A stretch of 64,000 nucleotides of DNA, taken from Oculina patagonica. Its lineage: Eukaryota. The position numbers and the translations under genes were made by a program. Below, in pieces: positions 13,766-26,366 of the stretch; the stretch's first letter is position 1, and the number at the start of each line of letters is the position of its first letter. The notes beneath the pieces were generated by a model. The model ran no database searches. It was not told the DNA's origin and was given only the letters and a program-made list of their open reading frames with translations. The stretch is taken from NCBI RefSeq assembly GCF_052425735.1, contig NC_135769.1, forward strand, positions 11,966,001 to 12,030,000. The letters are read 5' to 3'.

Positions 13766-15949
13766 TGTCCCTTGAGTCGTTTCCTGCTGGTTTGGTAATT
13801 GCTCGGCAGGGGCCCATGTGCTTCTTTCCACGGTAGAGACACTTCATATCTTTTTCCATTAAACAAAATCGCATCTTTCAACGCTTCGTGAACTTCATTG
13901 TCTTCTCGAATTCCTAAAGTTTCGTAGTCCCACAGTTTTTGGGCGCTTTCCTCCAATTCCCGACAGTCTACATTGCGTGACATGTTATGACCCACAAGAT
14001 GAACACTTATCTGTGAATCATCACAAAATCCCTTTAAGGGCCCCGACAAAACCCAACCCAAGCGCGTTTCAATGGCGTCAGGCCCCCCCCCCCCCCCCCT
14101 TATTTTTCTTCCCCCTTGAAAGGACCAGAGATAATCCACCCCGATGAGGAGGTCGATTTCGAGAATCTCCCTATCTCGACTGACATCAGAAAACCACAAG
14201 CCTTGTAGATGGGGGTACTCGGTTTTCCTGGCCTCAAGATGTTCATTTCTAATTTGTGTTATATTGGGCACCTCATACGCTTCAACCTTAATCCCATTCC
14301 CCCCCTGCAAAGGGAAAACATCAAATTCGTACACCCCCCTCATCCCACTATCTCTTGCTTGCTGCCCAAAAGTACTTATTTCTACCCACTCTTTTCTTCC
14401 CTCTCGTAATCCCGCTAACTGGACAGCTCTAGTGGTAATGAAGGACTTATGGCTTCCCGCGTCAAATAACACCCGTACTCTGGAACTCTTATTTCCCGAA
14501 ATAATTGCCTGGGCTGTTTGCAATGCAACCCTACCCATAGAACCCACATGAAGGGCGGGACTGGCATGGCTGGCTTGATTGACATTTTGCAAGACATGAT
14601 TATCACCATTGTTGGCGCGACTGACTTGACGCGGTGCCTGGTACGCGTTTTGACCCCCATAACAAATAGAAATGTGATGCCCTGGTTTCTTACATAATCT
14701 TTCAGACGTACAATCACGAGAAATATGCCCCCTATTTACACAAATAAAACATCTACCGTACTTACGTAACAATTCCCTTCGTCCTTCTACAGTTTTAATG
14801 TTCTCACAGTTTTCATGGGCATGTTTGCCCATACAATACGCACACAAATCGTTTGTTCTGGCTAAGAGGGCGCTGGCTGATGGGGGTCCGCCCCCAAATC
14901 TTCGATGATCTCGGTCGCTCGCTCGTCTTTCTGGTCTTTCGGTCTTTTCCTTTCTGAAACAATGTTCTTCCCGCAGTTCAAGTTCACAAAGCAGTTCCTT
15001 AAGCAGCTCCTCCATCTTCCATTCTTCGTACTTCTTTCCTCTCGTTATTTGCAGCCTGACTGTCTCTGGAAGTTTGGTCAGGATTGAAGGAACGACAATT
15101 CCTTCATACGTAGTTGCATTTACTCCTAGTGCTTGTAGACCACGATGATGCACCTCTACAGTGTCGTACAGTTTGCGAAGGCCAACAGTGTCCTTTTCAT
15201 GGTACACGGATGGAACTTGCAGTAGGTCATTTATGTGCGCTCTCTCAATCGCAACCTTACGCCCGAATCTCCGTTGCAAAATGTCAATGGCGGCCTCATA
15301 GTTCGCCGCTGTTAACGACAAACCAGCAATCGAGGTTCGCGCTGCTCCAACAAGAAGCCCACGTAGGTAACTAAATTTTTCTACGGGCGACAATTTGGAG
15401 TTGGTGTGAATTGCGCTTTTGAAACTGTCCCAGAACTCCTGCCACTCCTCCACTTTGCCCGTAAAGCGCTTCGTTTCTAGCTTGGGGAGTCTAACGTTGT
15501 TGACATGCGGGCTTTCGTTGTTGACATTTAGGCCAGAATGGTTTGTAGCCAAATCACTGTCTTGATCTTGAACTCTCGATTTGCGGGATACGAGGTCACT
15601 TAGAGAAGTGCTCAAAGCCTTTATCTCGCCTCTTGTGTCCCCGGCCCGTTGAACTTCTTCGGCAATTTCATCATCCGATACACCTTCTATCTGGACGAGA
15701 ATGTTCAAGATTTCTTTATCTAACTTTTTTAGTGAATCCAATTGCTCCTCGAGTGTTTCTTTTAATTGCACAGCTTTAAGATGCTGCCCCTGGTCGAATG
15801 ATTCTAACAGGACCTTGGTCTCCTCCACCACTTGTTGTAGGTGTGTTCGAAGACCCTTTCGCGTTCTTCGCTTTAACGCCACAATTTCCTCGAGAGTTGG
15901 TTCTTTGCATTTTTTCTTCGTTTTCACCATTCCGGCACGGAGGACCACA

Positions 15950-16399
15950 TGTACGGGAAATTATCCCGGCGCTGGTCGCAATCAAACAGAGGACTGTATC
16001 TATCCAACAATATTCAGTTTATTTCAACGTTCCACTAGTACACTTCGACAATCTAATCTATTCTGTCCGTACTTTTACAATGCTGTTTCTTTTACTTACC
16101 TTATTGTTACTTATTTTCGCGGGAACTTAATTTCGCGAAAATGGAACGGGCATATTTCGCGGGACTGAATTTTCGCCATTTTGCCAAAAAAACGTAATTA
16201 ACATAAAAAATACAATAGAAAAAGTTTGAAATACATTTTTGCGGGTCTTTAATTTCGCGATTTTTTGAACATCGCGAAAATCGCGAAAATTAAGTCCCGC
16301 GAAAATAAGTAACAATAAGGTAGATTACTAACATCATGTGATTACAATGTGCTTACAACTGTCAATCAAATGTCAATTAACTTTGTTTATTCTGCAACA
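15950..16399 (-). repeat. 5' LTR of element A (about 226 bp plus a nested MITE)
   Basis: TGT...ACA ends, AATAAA on the minus strand near 16020, PBS adjacent, TSD after 16399. Confidence 0.85.
16099..16320. mobile_element. TA-flanked MITE inside the LTR of element A
   Basis: TIR ccttattgttacttattttcgcggga / tcccgcgaaaataagtaacaataagg; TA duplication. Confidence 0.88.
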
Positions 16400-16404
16400 G
16401 TCAG

Positions 16405-16712
16405 GACTTGCGTGCACTTACGTTGACTTGCGTACACTTGCGTTGACTTGCGTTCACTTCGGTAGAGATCAAATTTGCACTTACGTAAACGCAAGTTTTT
16501 CACCGTTTGGCCACCCAATGAAATTCAACGCATTTTTTCCAGTTTACTTCAAATACTGAATTGCACCTCGAAGCATTTTAAATAGCTTTTTGCAAACTTG
16601 CGTGTACTTGCGACTAAAGTTGCGTGTCCGTTTGCTTCCCAACGCAAGTCTGTACGCAAGTTTAACTTGCGATTACTTGCGTTCACTTGCGTTATTGTTT
16701 GACCAGGGCTTT
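16405..16712. mobile_element. acttgcgt-rich MITE, the host sequence into which element A inserted
   Basis: The repeated acttgcgt motif continues from 1279-1301 across the TSD; ends tttgaccagggcttta. Confidence 0.65.
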
Positions 16713-17559
16713 ATCCTTAACCCTTCGGTAAAAAAGACGTAAGTTTTACTTTCAAAACTTGAGTTCATGACTGGACTTTATTTAATTACAGCATTTCGCG
16801 AATTACCTGCACCATATTGTATGCGTAATGAGCGAGAAGAACGTCATTTGGGAATTGTCTTATAATGAACCTTGAACTAATTATTTTGGCCTGCATGCGA
16901 GCTAGCCTGAATTTCAGACTTTCCTCTCTGGTCGCCAGCTCCCGAGAGCTTCTCGGGAGCTGGCGACCTGGTATGGTAGAAATGAAGAAATTTGCACAAA
17001 ACCTACTATAAAGAACACTAAGAGCAAGTGAGCAACTACGATGATGCTTTCAAGCGCTTGTCAACAACCAGAATATGACTGCAAATGCTGAGAAAGAACT
17101 TTTCTCCTTTGTGTGTTGATTTATTTGCCCGTTTCAAGAAAATCTGAGACAGGCTGCTAGACTGCAAAAGTAAACTTACAACAATTACCGCCAAACTTTC
17201 AGCATAAGCTGACAAACCAAGCAGATGCAAAAACCGACACATCAGACAAACAAATATAGGATCAAAGTGACAACAAACCGCTCTTCAGTCACCAAGCCAA
17301 CCCTTACCCAGATAAATATATTGTAACACTGATATGATCAATCAGACAAACGAACAGTTTTTACTTGTCTCTGAAGATTTTATACTAAGTACCGACCGGG
17401 CAGGGGACTGATGAAGAGCGCGCGGAAAATGGATGATAAACATTATTTTGGCGGTAAATGAATCGGCTGGCCAGTGCATGTGATAATTTTTTAACCCACA
17501 CTACATTACATTTTCTACGGATCATCACTCAGCGTTTTTTTGGAAAGCATCGTTTCACC

Positions 17560-17704
17560 CATCCTCCCAGACCCAGGGGCAATTAGTGGGGCGAAACGAA
17601 GGAATAAACCGGGCAGAAATCGTAGCGCCGAAAGTTTTCAAGAATTTCAGCCCGGTTTATTCCTTCGTTTCGCCCCACTAACTGCCCCTGGGTCTCCTAG
17701 GATG
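17560..17704. mobile_element. Palindromic MITE with a 9-bp TSD
   Basis: catcct...aggatg long TIRs; cgtttcacc duplicated at 17551-17559 and 17705-17713. Confidence 0.88.
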
Positions 17705-18546
17705 CGTTTCACCGTATTCGACATCAAGATTCTCGCACAAACACTGCTTTTTTTTTAAAATGACGAAAACAAAAGGTCAACTTTAGGGTAATTTATTCTC
17801 AAAAGTTTTGCGCTTTGGCCTTTTGGTGTGCGGTTAATTATCTCCCGTTAAGTGGAGATGCTGAAAATTCCTCACGTGGTCTCGTCGCTTTCACTCTCCG
17901 AAACAAAAAGACGTCCAAATCAGAATGTTTTCGTTTTTAGTTGGAGTTTATGAGTTAACATGTCACGCGCTCGCCGGTGAAGTTTCAATCGACCCGGTTA
18001 TAAACACAAAATCATGCCCGTTTATTCCCTCAGGAGCAAAATACCCGCAAATAAGATTTAACAGGCCAGAACTCCTTGTACTGGATTTGGTAACAACGTT
18101 AACACGCAAGGAATCGAATGTTTCGCTAGAAAGCCGATAATTGTTTCGAATCTTTTCGCACGACAGGATATTTGGAGGGCGAAGAAGGGCAGCATTCAAC
18201 TTGGTACACAGGGTACCCACACAAGTTGACTGTACAACGACTCCTCGAAGTCCTCTCCTTTTAAGTGTAATCACAAACACACCGAGTAAGGAAAATTCAG
18301 ATTTGAGGCGTGTTCTGATATGTATTTTTCGTCTACACTTGATCTTTTCTTACGTTCCTTTCACATTTGTCATACCGTATGTAGTTTATTAACTTAAAAA
18401 ATCAAATGATCAAAAACTCAAGCGAAAAACTGCAGTTTCTTATTACCTTTACTGATTTCTAACTCATTAAATTTGGTGCTCCTAAGTCTGGTGTGAACGC
18501 TCTAGCTTGGTACGAGTCTAACTGAATTTGTAATCTCCTCTTACAG

Positions 18547-19551
18547 TTATGCAGACGGGGTTTGCTTTCCTTGAGGCGGGTTCAGTGAGATCAAAGAACA
18601 CCACAAACATCCTTATCAAAAATTTCTTGGACGTATGTAAGTACTGCAAAACGGTTTTATCCCTTGCAATCAATTATAACCGACTGTGTCTTATAAAGTA
18701 TACACCTGACGGGGAACGAACAAATGGCGAAAGACGGAAAACTGGGATAAATGAAAGGGATCGAAGGGGATGTTGGAATAGTTTAAAGAGAAAACGAGAT
18801 ACTTCATTCCTTTACGCGGCCTCTTGCCGGCTCGCCTCTTTATATTCTTTATAGTCCCAATTGTAGTAAACCATATACCGTATTTTCTCGATAAAATGTC
18901 CCCGGCCTTAATTTCAAACTTGGCCTGATGGACCCGGCGTTAATTTGACTTCTGCAGTATAATTCGAGCCCGGCGTTTATTAAACAAGGGTTTCATACAT
19001 TGTTTTTGACAGACTTGCATATTTCCATTACAACTACACCTTTTTACTCCACAAATAAATGCTTGAGGGGTTATTTACAACTCTTCCTTCGAGACCCTGC
19101 GTTTATTTGAGAAAATACGGTACTTTAATAACTGATGAGAGCCACCTCGAAGGTTCCTAAATTTCGATGTTCAACTGGAGTGGGAAAAGCGTTCTAAGAA
19201 TACCTTAAATTTAGAGCAAGAAGACCGAAGATATAGCTCAGAAAAAGTTGTAATTTTCTACAGACTTGCGTATGGCATTATTATGATTTAAACCTATCTC
19301 ATTCCATTTATTACTTGCAGTTATTGGCGCCGTGGCTTACTGGCTAGTCGGGTACGCATTTGCGTTTGGAGCAGACAGCAATGGGTTTATTGGACACAAG
19401 TATTTCGCGCTGGCAGATTTACCAATCGACAAATACTCTCACTGGTTTTTCCACTTCGTTTTCGCGGCCACGGCAGCAACAATTGTCAGCGGTGCTATGG
19501 CAGAGAGAACCGAGTTCAAAGCTTATCTTATGTACTCTGTGTTTCTAACTG
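18547..19551 (+). CDS. amt1: Ammonium transporter (Amt1-type), two internal exons: 18547-18636 and 19321-19551; partial gene
   Basis: [46 protein letters not shown]...FAATAATIVSGAMAERT are Amt signature motifs; AG/GT sites join in phase. Confidence 0.92.
18878..19120. mobile_element. Tc1/mariner-type MITE in the amt intron
   Basis: ta|ccgtattttctc ... gagaaaatacgg|ta. Confidence 0.75.
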
Positions 19552-19749
19552 GTGAGTTCCTTTGACTTACAATACATTGCGTATCCTGCAGCTGACAGCT
19601 GATCATAGATTTATAGGTTGGCTGTCCTGTGTGGTATGAGTTTTTTTAAGCCTGTTCCATGTTATCTGCTACTCAAAGTTATTCTACGTGGAGGGCCCTG
19701 AAGATTTGCCTACTTTTTTCACTGGGAAAATAAAATTTTGGTCACTGGG

Positions 19750-22700
19750 TGTTTTGTTAAACTCAACGTCTTTATTCACGGCTTCTGGTGTACAAACAAT
19801 CTTTGTTTCACAGCTTCGATTCTGTGCATGGACTTACAACTTTGAGCACAGCGAACACGATGCGAGTCACGTGACGCTCGCTGTAGGGTACCCACGGGGG
19901 TACAATTACAAGTCAAGTTTTTCGGGTTTCCTACAAAGTCTACCCCTGCGGGTGTAGCGGGCTGTAACATTCTCCCCACCTTGTCCTCTATCGGAGAGGA
20001 CAACACTGCGATTTGGCTTACTAACAGGAACAGTACTAGTTTCACTATGAACAATGTTTGTTTCATTCTTCTCCCCACCATGCAAACAAACTTCTTCAGG
20101 AATCACTTGTGGGGCAGTTGATTCTACTTCTAACTTGTGTAGACGCTGTACCGGTCTGCGTAGAACACTCTTCTCAGTTCGTACTGTTGCCGTTCGCACA
20201 AGTTTATCCCGTCCAGGGTGAACTTCTTGAACTATAGCCAACGGCCATTTTCCACGAGACACATTATCATCTGAGATCAGCACAATATCTCCTACTTTTA
20301 TGGGGGCTTCTTCTTTATGCCACTTGTTTCTCACGGTCATCTGATGCAGGTACTCTTGCTTCCAGCGCTTCCAATAGTGGTTGAATAATCTCTGCACGTA
20401 AAGATACCTCTCCATAATTTTCTTACTGGACATCTCAAGGCTGTCTTCATTAACATCAGGTAGTTGGTTAAGTGATCTGCCAATGGCGAGATGGGCAGGT
20501 GTAATTGGCGATGGATCTCTGTGATCATCACTCACTGCAGTCAGAGGTCTTGAGTTGATGACACCTTCTATTTTAATAAGCAGTGTGTTCAGTTCAGTGA
20601 AGGTAAGAAGTGCTCTTCCAAGGACCTTACGAAGTGGTTCTTTGACTGCTCTACAAAATCGTTCCCACCAACCACCTCTCCATGGCGAGCGCTCAGTGAT
20701 AAATTTCCACTTGATCCCCTTTGATGATAACTCAGACTTGATACGATCTAGATCCATTGCATCCCATATAGATTGGGTTTGTGTCTTGTGGTTGGCATAC
20801 AACTTCTTGATTTCATTACTTGCTGCTACAAATGTTTTTGCGTTGTCTGACCACACTGTATCGCACAGACCTCTGCGATTTGTCATGCGACTAAAGGCTT
20901 GTAGGAACTCATCTGTTGTCAGGCTGTTTGTTAGCTCTAGGTGAACCATGCGAGACGATGCACAGGTAAATACACAAATGTATGCTTTCTTCACACTTGA
21001 TCCCTCTTTCACGTAAAGGGGCCCAGCGAAGTCAGTACCAATGTGTGTAAACGGTAGTGAGGGTGTAACTCTCTCCTCAGGAAGCAGTCCCATCTTCTGA
21101 TCACAAGGGCCAACACGCTGCTTTTGACAAGTTACACATTTTCTGATTATTCGCTTGACTTCACGTCTTCCTTGGGTTAGCCAAATTCTCTGTCTCAGGG
21201 TTGACAATATGGTTTCTGGACCAGCATGGAACATCTGTTTGTGGACATCTACTATCATCTTTGCGACTTCAGAATGTCCATGTGGCAGGATTACTTGATG
21301 CTTTGTTTCTTCAGGAATGTCAGCGAAATGCAATCGTCCACCTACTCTTACTACTTGATCAGCTCTGTCATAGTAAGGGTCTAGCTTTAACAGGCGGCTG
21401 CTTTTGGGCAGTGCTTCTCCAGCTTTCAGCTGCTCGTAGTCTTCTTTATATACATCTTGTTGTATCCACATACAGCACTTCAACTCTGCCTGTTGCATTT
21501 CTTCAGCTGACAGCTCAGTCACGGGAGACTTGCATTTTGCTTTGAACACCTTTACAGCTCTTAACACGTAAGCAGTTACTCGGATCAGCTTCATCCATGT
21601 TCCGTAGCGAGACATATCGATTAATGGCTTCACTGTGACTGATGTGAAAGCATGGGTTACTCTTCTTTCCTCCTCACAGGCTTTTGGTGGACTATCTTCA
21701 CTTTGATGTTGGATGGGTTGATACTCAAGAGGTAAGGACAGCCATTGTGGTCCATTCCACCAAAGTCGACTTGACATCAGCTTGTCACAATTCGATCCAC
21801 GTGTCAACAGATCTGCAGGATTGTCCTCGCTAGCACAGTAGTGCCAACACTCGGGATCCCATGTCGACTGGATTTCTGATACTCGATTTGCTACAAATGG
21901 CTTCCATTGTGAGCTTCGTCCTCTAATCCAGTGAAGCGTCACCATACTATCTGTCCAGCATACAACACGGTTCATCTTGATTTGCAAAGTATCTACAACA
22001 AACTTCAATAATCTAGCATTGACCACTGCTGCTAGTAGTTCTAATCTTGGAAGTGACACTTCCTTGATAGGTGCAACTCTGGATTTCGACATCACTAGCT
22101 GAGAGGATGCTTGTCCCAGCTTGTCAATAACTCGAATGTACACTGCTGCTCCATAGGCCTTTGGGGAGGCATCTCCAAAGCCATGTAGCTCGACGGTAGA
22201 CTCCGAAGTGACACTTGTTCCAAACCATCTAGGTATGGCCACCTTCTTTAGCTGCAACAACTCTGACTTCCATGATGACCACTCCCTTTTAATGTCACTG
22301 TCCAATGGGTCATCCCACTCTAATCCTCTCCGCCAGAGCTCTTGGAAAAGGATCTTTGCTTTCACAGTGGCAGGCGAAATCAGTCCCATTGGGTCAAACA
22401 CTTTGGATGCTAAACTTAAAAGACTTCTCTTTGTCATTGGATCATGGGATGAAACCATTTCGTTTGGTGCAATGAATCTGAAGCAATCAGATGTCAAGTC
22501 CCATGAAACACCAAGTGCTTTGAGTGGTTCACATGAATCAAACTTCACTAGTGGCGATGATGCTCTTTTCTCTGGGTCTATGCTATCCATTACGAGCTCT
22601 GAGTTGCTAGCCCATTTCGTCAAGTTAAATGCTGCTGTCATCATGATTTCTGACATCTCTTGTTGAAGCTTCATTGCAGAGTTGTCTGTGTCGGCTCCCG

Positions 22701-25700
22701 TTAAGCAATCATCTACATACATGTTATGTAGAATTTCCCTCACAGCATTAGGGAATGTCTCTGCATACTTATTGGCATGAGCATGCACTGTTGCGATGGC
22801 AAGAAATGGACTAGAGTTCACTCCAAATGTCAATCTTCGCATTCTGTAAACTTTGGGTACTTCATCTGTCCTTAGATCCCTCCACAAGTACCGGTGAACG
22901 TCTTGATCCTTTGGTGCAAGTTTAATTTGAAGATACATCTTCTCTACATCTGCTATCATGCCAACTCTGTGCGTACGAAAACGAATCAGGACAGATGCAA
23001 GGTTTGGTTGTAGTGCAGGACCAGGAAGGACACACTCATTGAGAGATGCACTGTCTTGCTCTCGGGCAGAAGCATCAAATACGATTCTATACTTTGTGGT
23101 CTTTCTGTCAGCACGGAAAACAGCATGGTGCGGTAAGTATCGGACAGTTCCATCTTCACTGCTCAAGTCAGTTACTTCCTCTGCAAAGCCTTTCTCTACA
23201 TACTGGTTGATTGCAGTGGTGTATGCTTCAGCTTTCTCAGGGTCTCGTGTTAGCTTCCTTTCGATACTTTCAAGTCGTTTCACAGCGTGCGCATAATTGT
23301 TCTCAAGTTTTGGACGATCTTTCTTCCATGGCAATCGAACTTCGTAGTTTCTTCCATCAAAGTTCAGTCCATCATTGAAGTCAGTGACTGCATACTCTTC
23401 TTCTTGTGACATAGTTGGATTCACAGTTTCAGTTATGCCAATTGCTTCTAGTTCCCAAAACCTTTTCAGACTTGTGGTGATCTCTTTATTCTCTACTATT
23501 GTTAGCATGGATGAGGTGTGCTCTGAAGAACTGTCTACAGGTCCTGTAAGTATCCATCCAAGGTGAGATTCTACAGCTACCAATGATTCAGGGGTTTCTC
23601 CTCTCTTACAAATTCCAGTTACGAAAGAGTAGTAGTGATCTGCACCGATAAGAACATCTACTTGAACTGAATTGCGTGGGTAGGAGTCTGCAAAAGTCAA
23701 ACCTTGCAGGTGAGGATTGTTCTTAAGATTCAACTTGACAGGTCCCAAGGGATTACAAATCTTGAGTATAGTAAGAGCTTCCATTTCCACAGTTCCTGTT
23801 GGATGTCCCTGAATTGGCGAAAGAGTAAATCGCACTCTTTGAAATCTCTTGGTTTCACTTGTGTCTCCTCCCAGGGTTGCAACACTTAATAATTCTGAGG
23901 AGCCTTGCAGACCAATGGATTCTGCAATGTTCTTTCGGATGTACGACCGTTGACTGCCAGAGTCAAGTAGAACACGAACTGTAACTTCTTGGCCATTCAC
24001 TGATAGCTTAGCTAACGCTGTCTGAAGAAGTGTCTCCTTCATAGATGAAGAGGGTTTTGAAGCAGCCAATCCAGTCAATGTGGTATTGTTAGGATTCTCA
24101 GTTCTTGCGACGAAAGGCTGACTATGCAGTAACTTGTGATGACGTTGACCGCAATTTACAACAGAACACTTGGGATGACGACAGATTTTAGAGAAATGCT
24201 TGCTGTTGGTAGGCTTTAGACAATTGAAACACAACTTGTTTTCTTGAACTAATTTCCATCTTTCATCTACTGGTTTGCCATTAAACACTGGGCAGTTAAG
24301 TGACCCATGATTTGCTTTGCAAAATCTACAACTTGGAATTGTTGGTGGTTTTGCCTCACTGAACAAAGCAGATGCAGTTGACACTTGTTCTCGGTCACTC
24401 GCTGGAATGAACGGTGGCTTTCTTGCTTTGTCTCTTTCCTTATTTGGACTACGACCTTTTGGGCTAAGATTTGGTTCTAGGTTCCTCTCTCCTGCCTCTT
24501 TGGATACAACTTGTCGATTGAGGAACTTAAAGAGCAATTCAAGACCAATCTCATCTTCAGGGGTGTCTGCAAGCTCCAATTCCCACTTTTCTAGTAACTC
24601 TGATGGCAACTTGGTCTCAAACATTGGCAACAAAATACAACCATGACTCACTGGGTTTTCTCCCAGAGCTTCTAAAGCCCTAGTTCGGTTCTTTAAAGTG
24701 TCATAAAGATCTCGAAGGGATGCTGCAGTTACAACAGATTTTGCATCCATCTTGATGACTGATTTGACAAGGGATGAGATAACCACACGTTTTCTTCCAT
24801 ACCTATGCTTGAGACATTCTACTGCCGGTTGATAGTTCGCCCCAGTAACTTCAAACCCTTCAATTGATTGCAAAGCAATGCCAGTCAGCACTGAACGCAG
24901 GTAAGTGAATTTCTGGACATTGGGCAAATCATCATTGTCATGCACTGCAGCTTCAAACTGATCCCAGAAGTTTTGAAATTTCAACACATCACCATTAAAC
25001 TTGGACAATTCAATTCTAGGCAGTTTAAGATTAGATGATTGGTGACTGTCCCTTTGTACACTCCCTTTTGAGGACTGTTCATTTGAATTGGACTCCTTAT
25101 TTAAGTATTCATGGGCAGCATCAACAGCTCGATCTATCATATCCAAGAATTCCCTCCAACAGCTTAGCTCATCGTCAATTTCCTCGTCTGAGAGTAGTGA
25201 AATTATACGATCTCTCAACTGAAGATATGCCATGCGAAACTCTGTCAATCTCTCGATTCTAATCTGTATCTTGACCTTATTGCCTTCACTTTCGCTCAGC
25301 TCTGAAATATCACGAATTAAGGCCTCAATATCCCCCTGCAATACTTTTGCTTTACGTCGAATCGAAGTAATTTCCTTCGACTGTTCCTTGCTAACGGATG
25401 GAGGAAGTTCTTTGCTAAGTTTAGCGAAATTCAAATCTTCGTGTGATTCTCACAGCTCTGATTTCACAGCAGTCTTTGACTCATAATATGCGTTTACTAA
25501 CCTCTGAATCAAGACCTTTTTCTTTCCAGCTGTCGATAATCCCTTTTCTTTGAGTAATCCACGTAGTTGCTCCACTGATTTTCGAGATAGCTCGTCTTCG
25601 ATATCACTGTCACTTCCACTGACGGCCATCTTGTCGCCCACGTGGTTTCGAGTGTTGACTGCACGAAGTCTCACAGAAGTCAGTCAATCCACAGCAAAAT

Positions 25701-25866
25701 GTTCTTGCGATCTTTTAAATCCACAGCTCGAAGGACCATTATGTTTTGTTAAACTCAACGTCTTTATTCACGGCTTCTGGTGTACAAACAATCTTTGTTT
25801 CACAGCTTCGATTCTGTGCATGGACTTACAACTTTGAGCACAGCGAACACGATGCGAGTCACGTGA
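19750..25866 (-). mobile_element. BEL/Pao LTR retrotransposon C, near intact; 5' LTR truncated by the assembly gap
   Basis: 3' LTR 19750-19969 (TGT..ACA); 5' LTR 25742-25866 identical over the visible 125 bp; PBS TGGTCCTTCGAGC at 25726-25738; PPT aaggtggggagaa next to 19969. Confidence 0.95.
19906..25629 (-). CDS. SAP-Gag-Pol polyprotein of element C; single in-frame TGA at 25450-25452
   Basis: 1842-aa ORF with Gag, knuckles, LLDSGS, YVDD, GFGDAS, DFAGP/SDNAKTF/WWERF; the upstream ORF (ATG 25629) is in the same frame and encodes a SAP-like motif. Confidence 0.9.
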
Positions 25867-26366
25867 NNNNNNNNNNNNNNNNNNNNNNNNNNNNNNNNNN
25901 NNNNNNNNNNNNNNNNNNNNNNNNNNNNNNNNNNNNNNNNNNNNNNNNNNNNNNNNNNNNNNNNNNNNNNNNNNNNNNNNNNNNNNNNNNNNNNNNNNNN
26001 NNNNNNNNNNNNNNNNNNNNNNNNNNNNNNNNNNNNNNNNNNNNNNNNNNNNNNNNNNNNNNNNNNNNNNNNNNNNNNNNNNNNNNNNNNNNNNNNNNNN
26101 NNNNNNNNNNNNNNNNNNNNNNNNNNNNNNNNNNNNNNNNNNNNNNNNNNNNNNNNNNNNNNNNNNNNNNNNNNNNNNNNNNNNNNNNNNNNNNNNNNNN
26201 NNNNNNNNNNNNNNNNNNNNNNNNNNNNNNNNNNNNNNNNNNNNNNNNNNNNNNNNNNNNNNNNNNNNNNNNNNNNNNNNNNNNNNNNNNNNNNNNNNNN
26301 NNNNNNNNNNNNNNNNNNNNNNNNNNNNNNNNNNNNNNNNNNNNNNNNNNNNNNNNNNNNNNNNNN
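25867..26366. other. Assembly gap (500 N)
   Basis: Run of N of round length, so probably a placeholder. Confidence 1.

Larger units (their letters stand above)
3597..15930 (-). pseudogene. Disrupted BEL/Pao gag-pol polyprotein of element A
   Basis: Gag (LPKLE..F.G..W..FWD.F) with Cys/His knuckles, protease LFDAGS, RT YLPHH/YVDD, RNase H GFADAS, integrase CHRKVHH/DFAGP/SDNAKTF/GGFYERL. Split by element B, an insertion near 13190-13765, and frameshifts near 12850 and 10925. Confidence 0.9.
1302..16399 (-). mobile_element. BEL/Pao LTR retrotransposon A (decayed, with nested insertions)
   Basis: Identical 60-bp LTR segment at 1302-1361 and 15950-16009; TG..CA outer ends; 5-bp TSD GTCAG at 1297-1301 and 16400-16404; tRNA-Tyr-like PBS at 15929-15947; gag-PR-RT-RH-INT domain order. 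Confidence 0.92.

Noticed and set aside
14083-14099. Poly-Gly insert in element A pol
   Set aside because: Homopolymer expansion in a dead element.
17408-17430. ctgatga...gaaa hammerhead candidate
   Set aside because: No convincing stems I and III.
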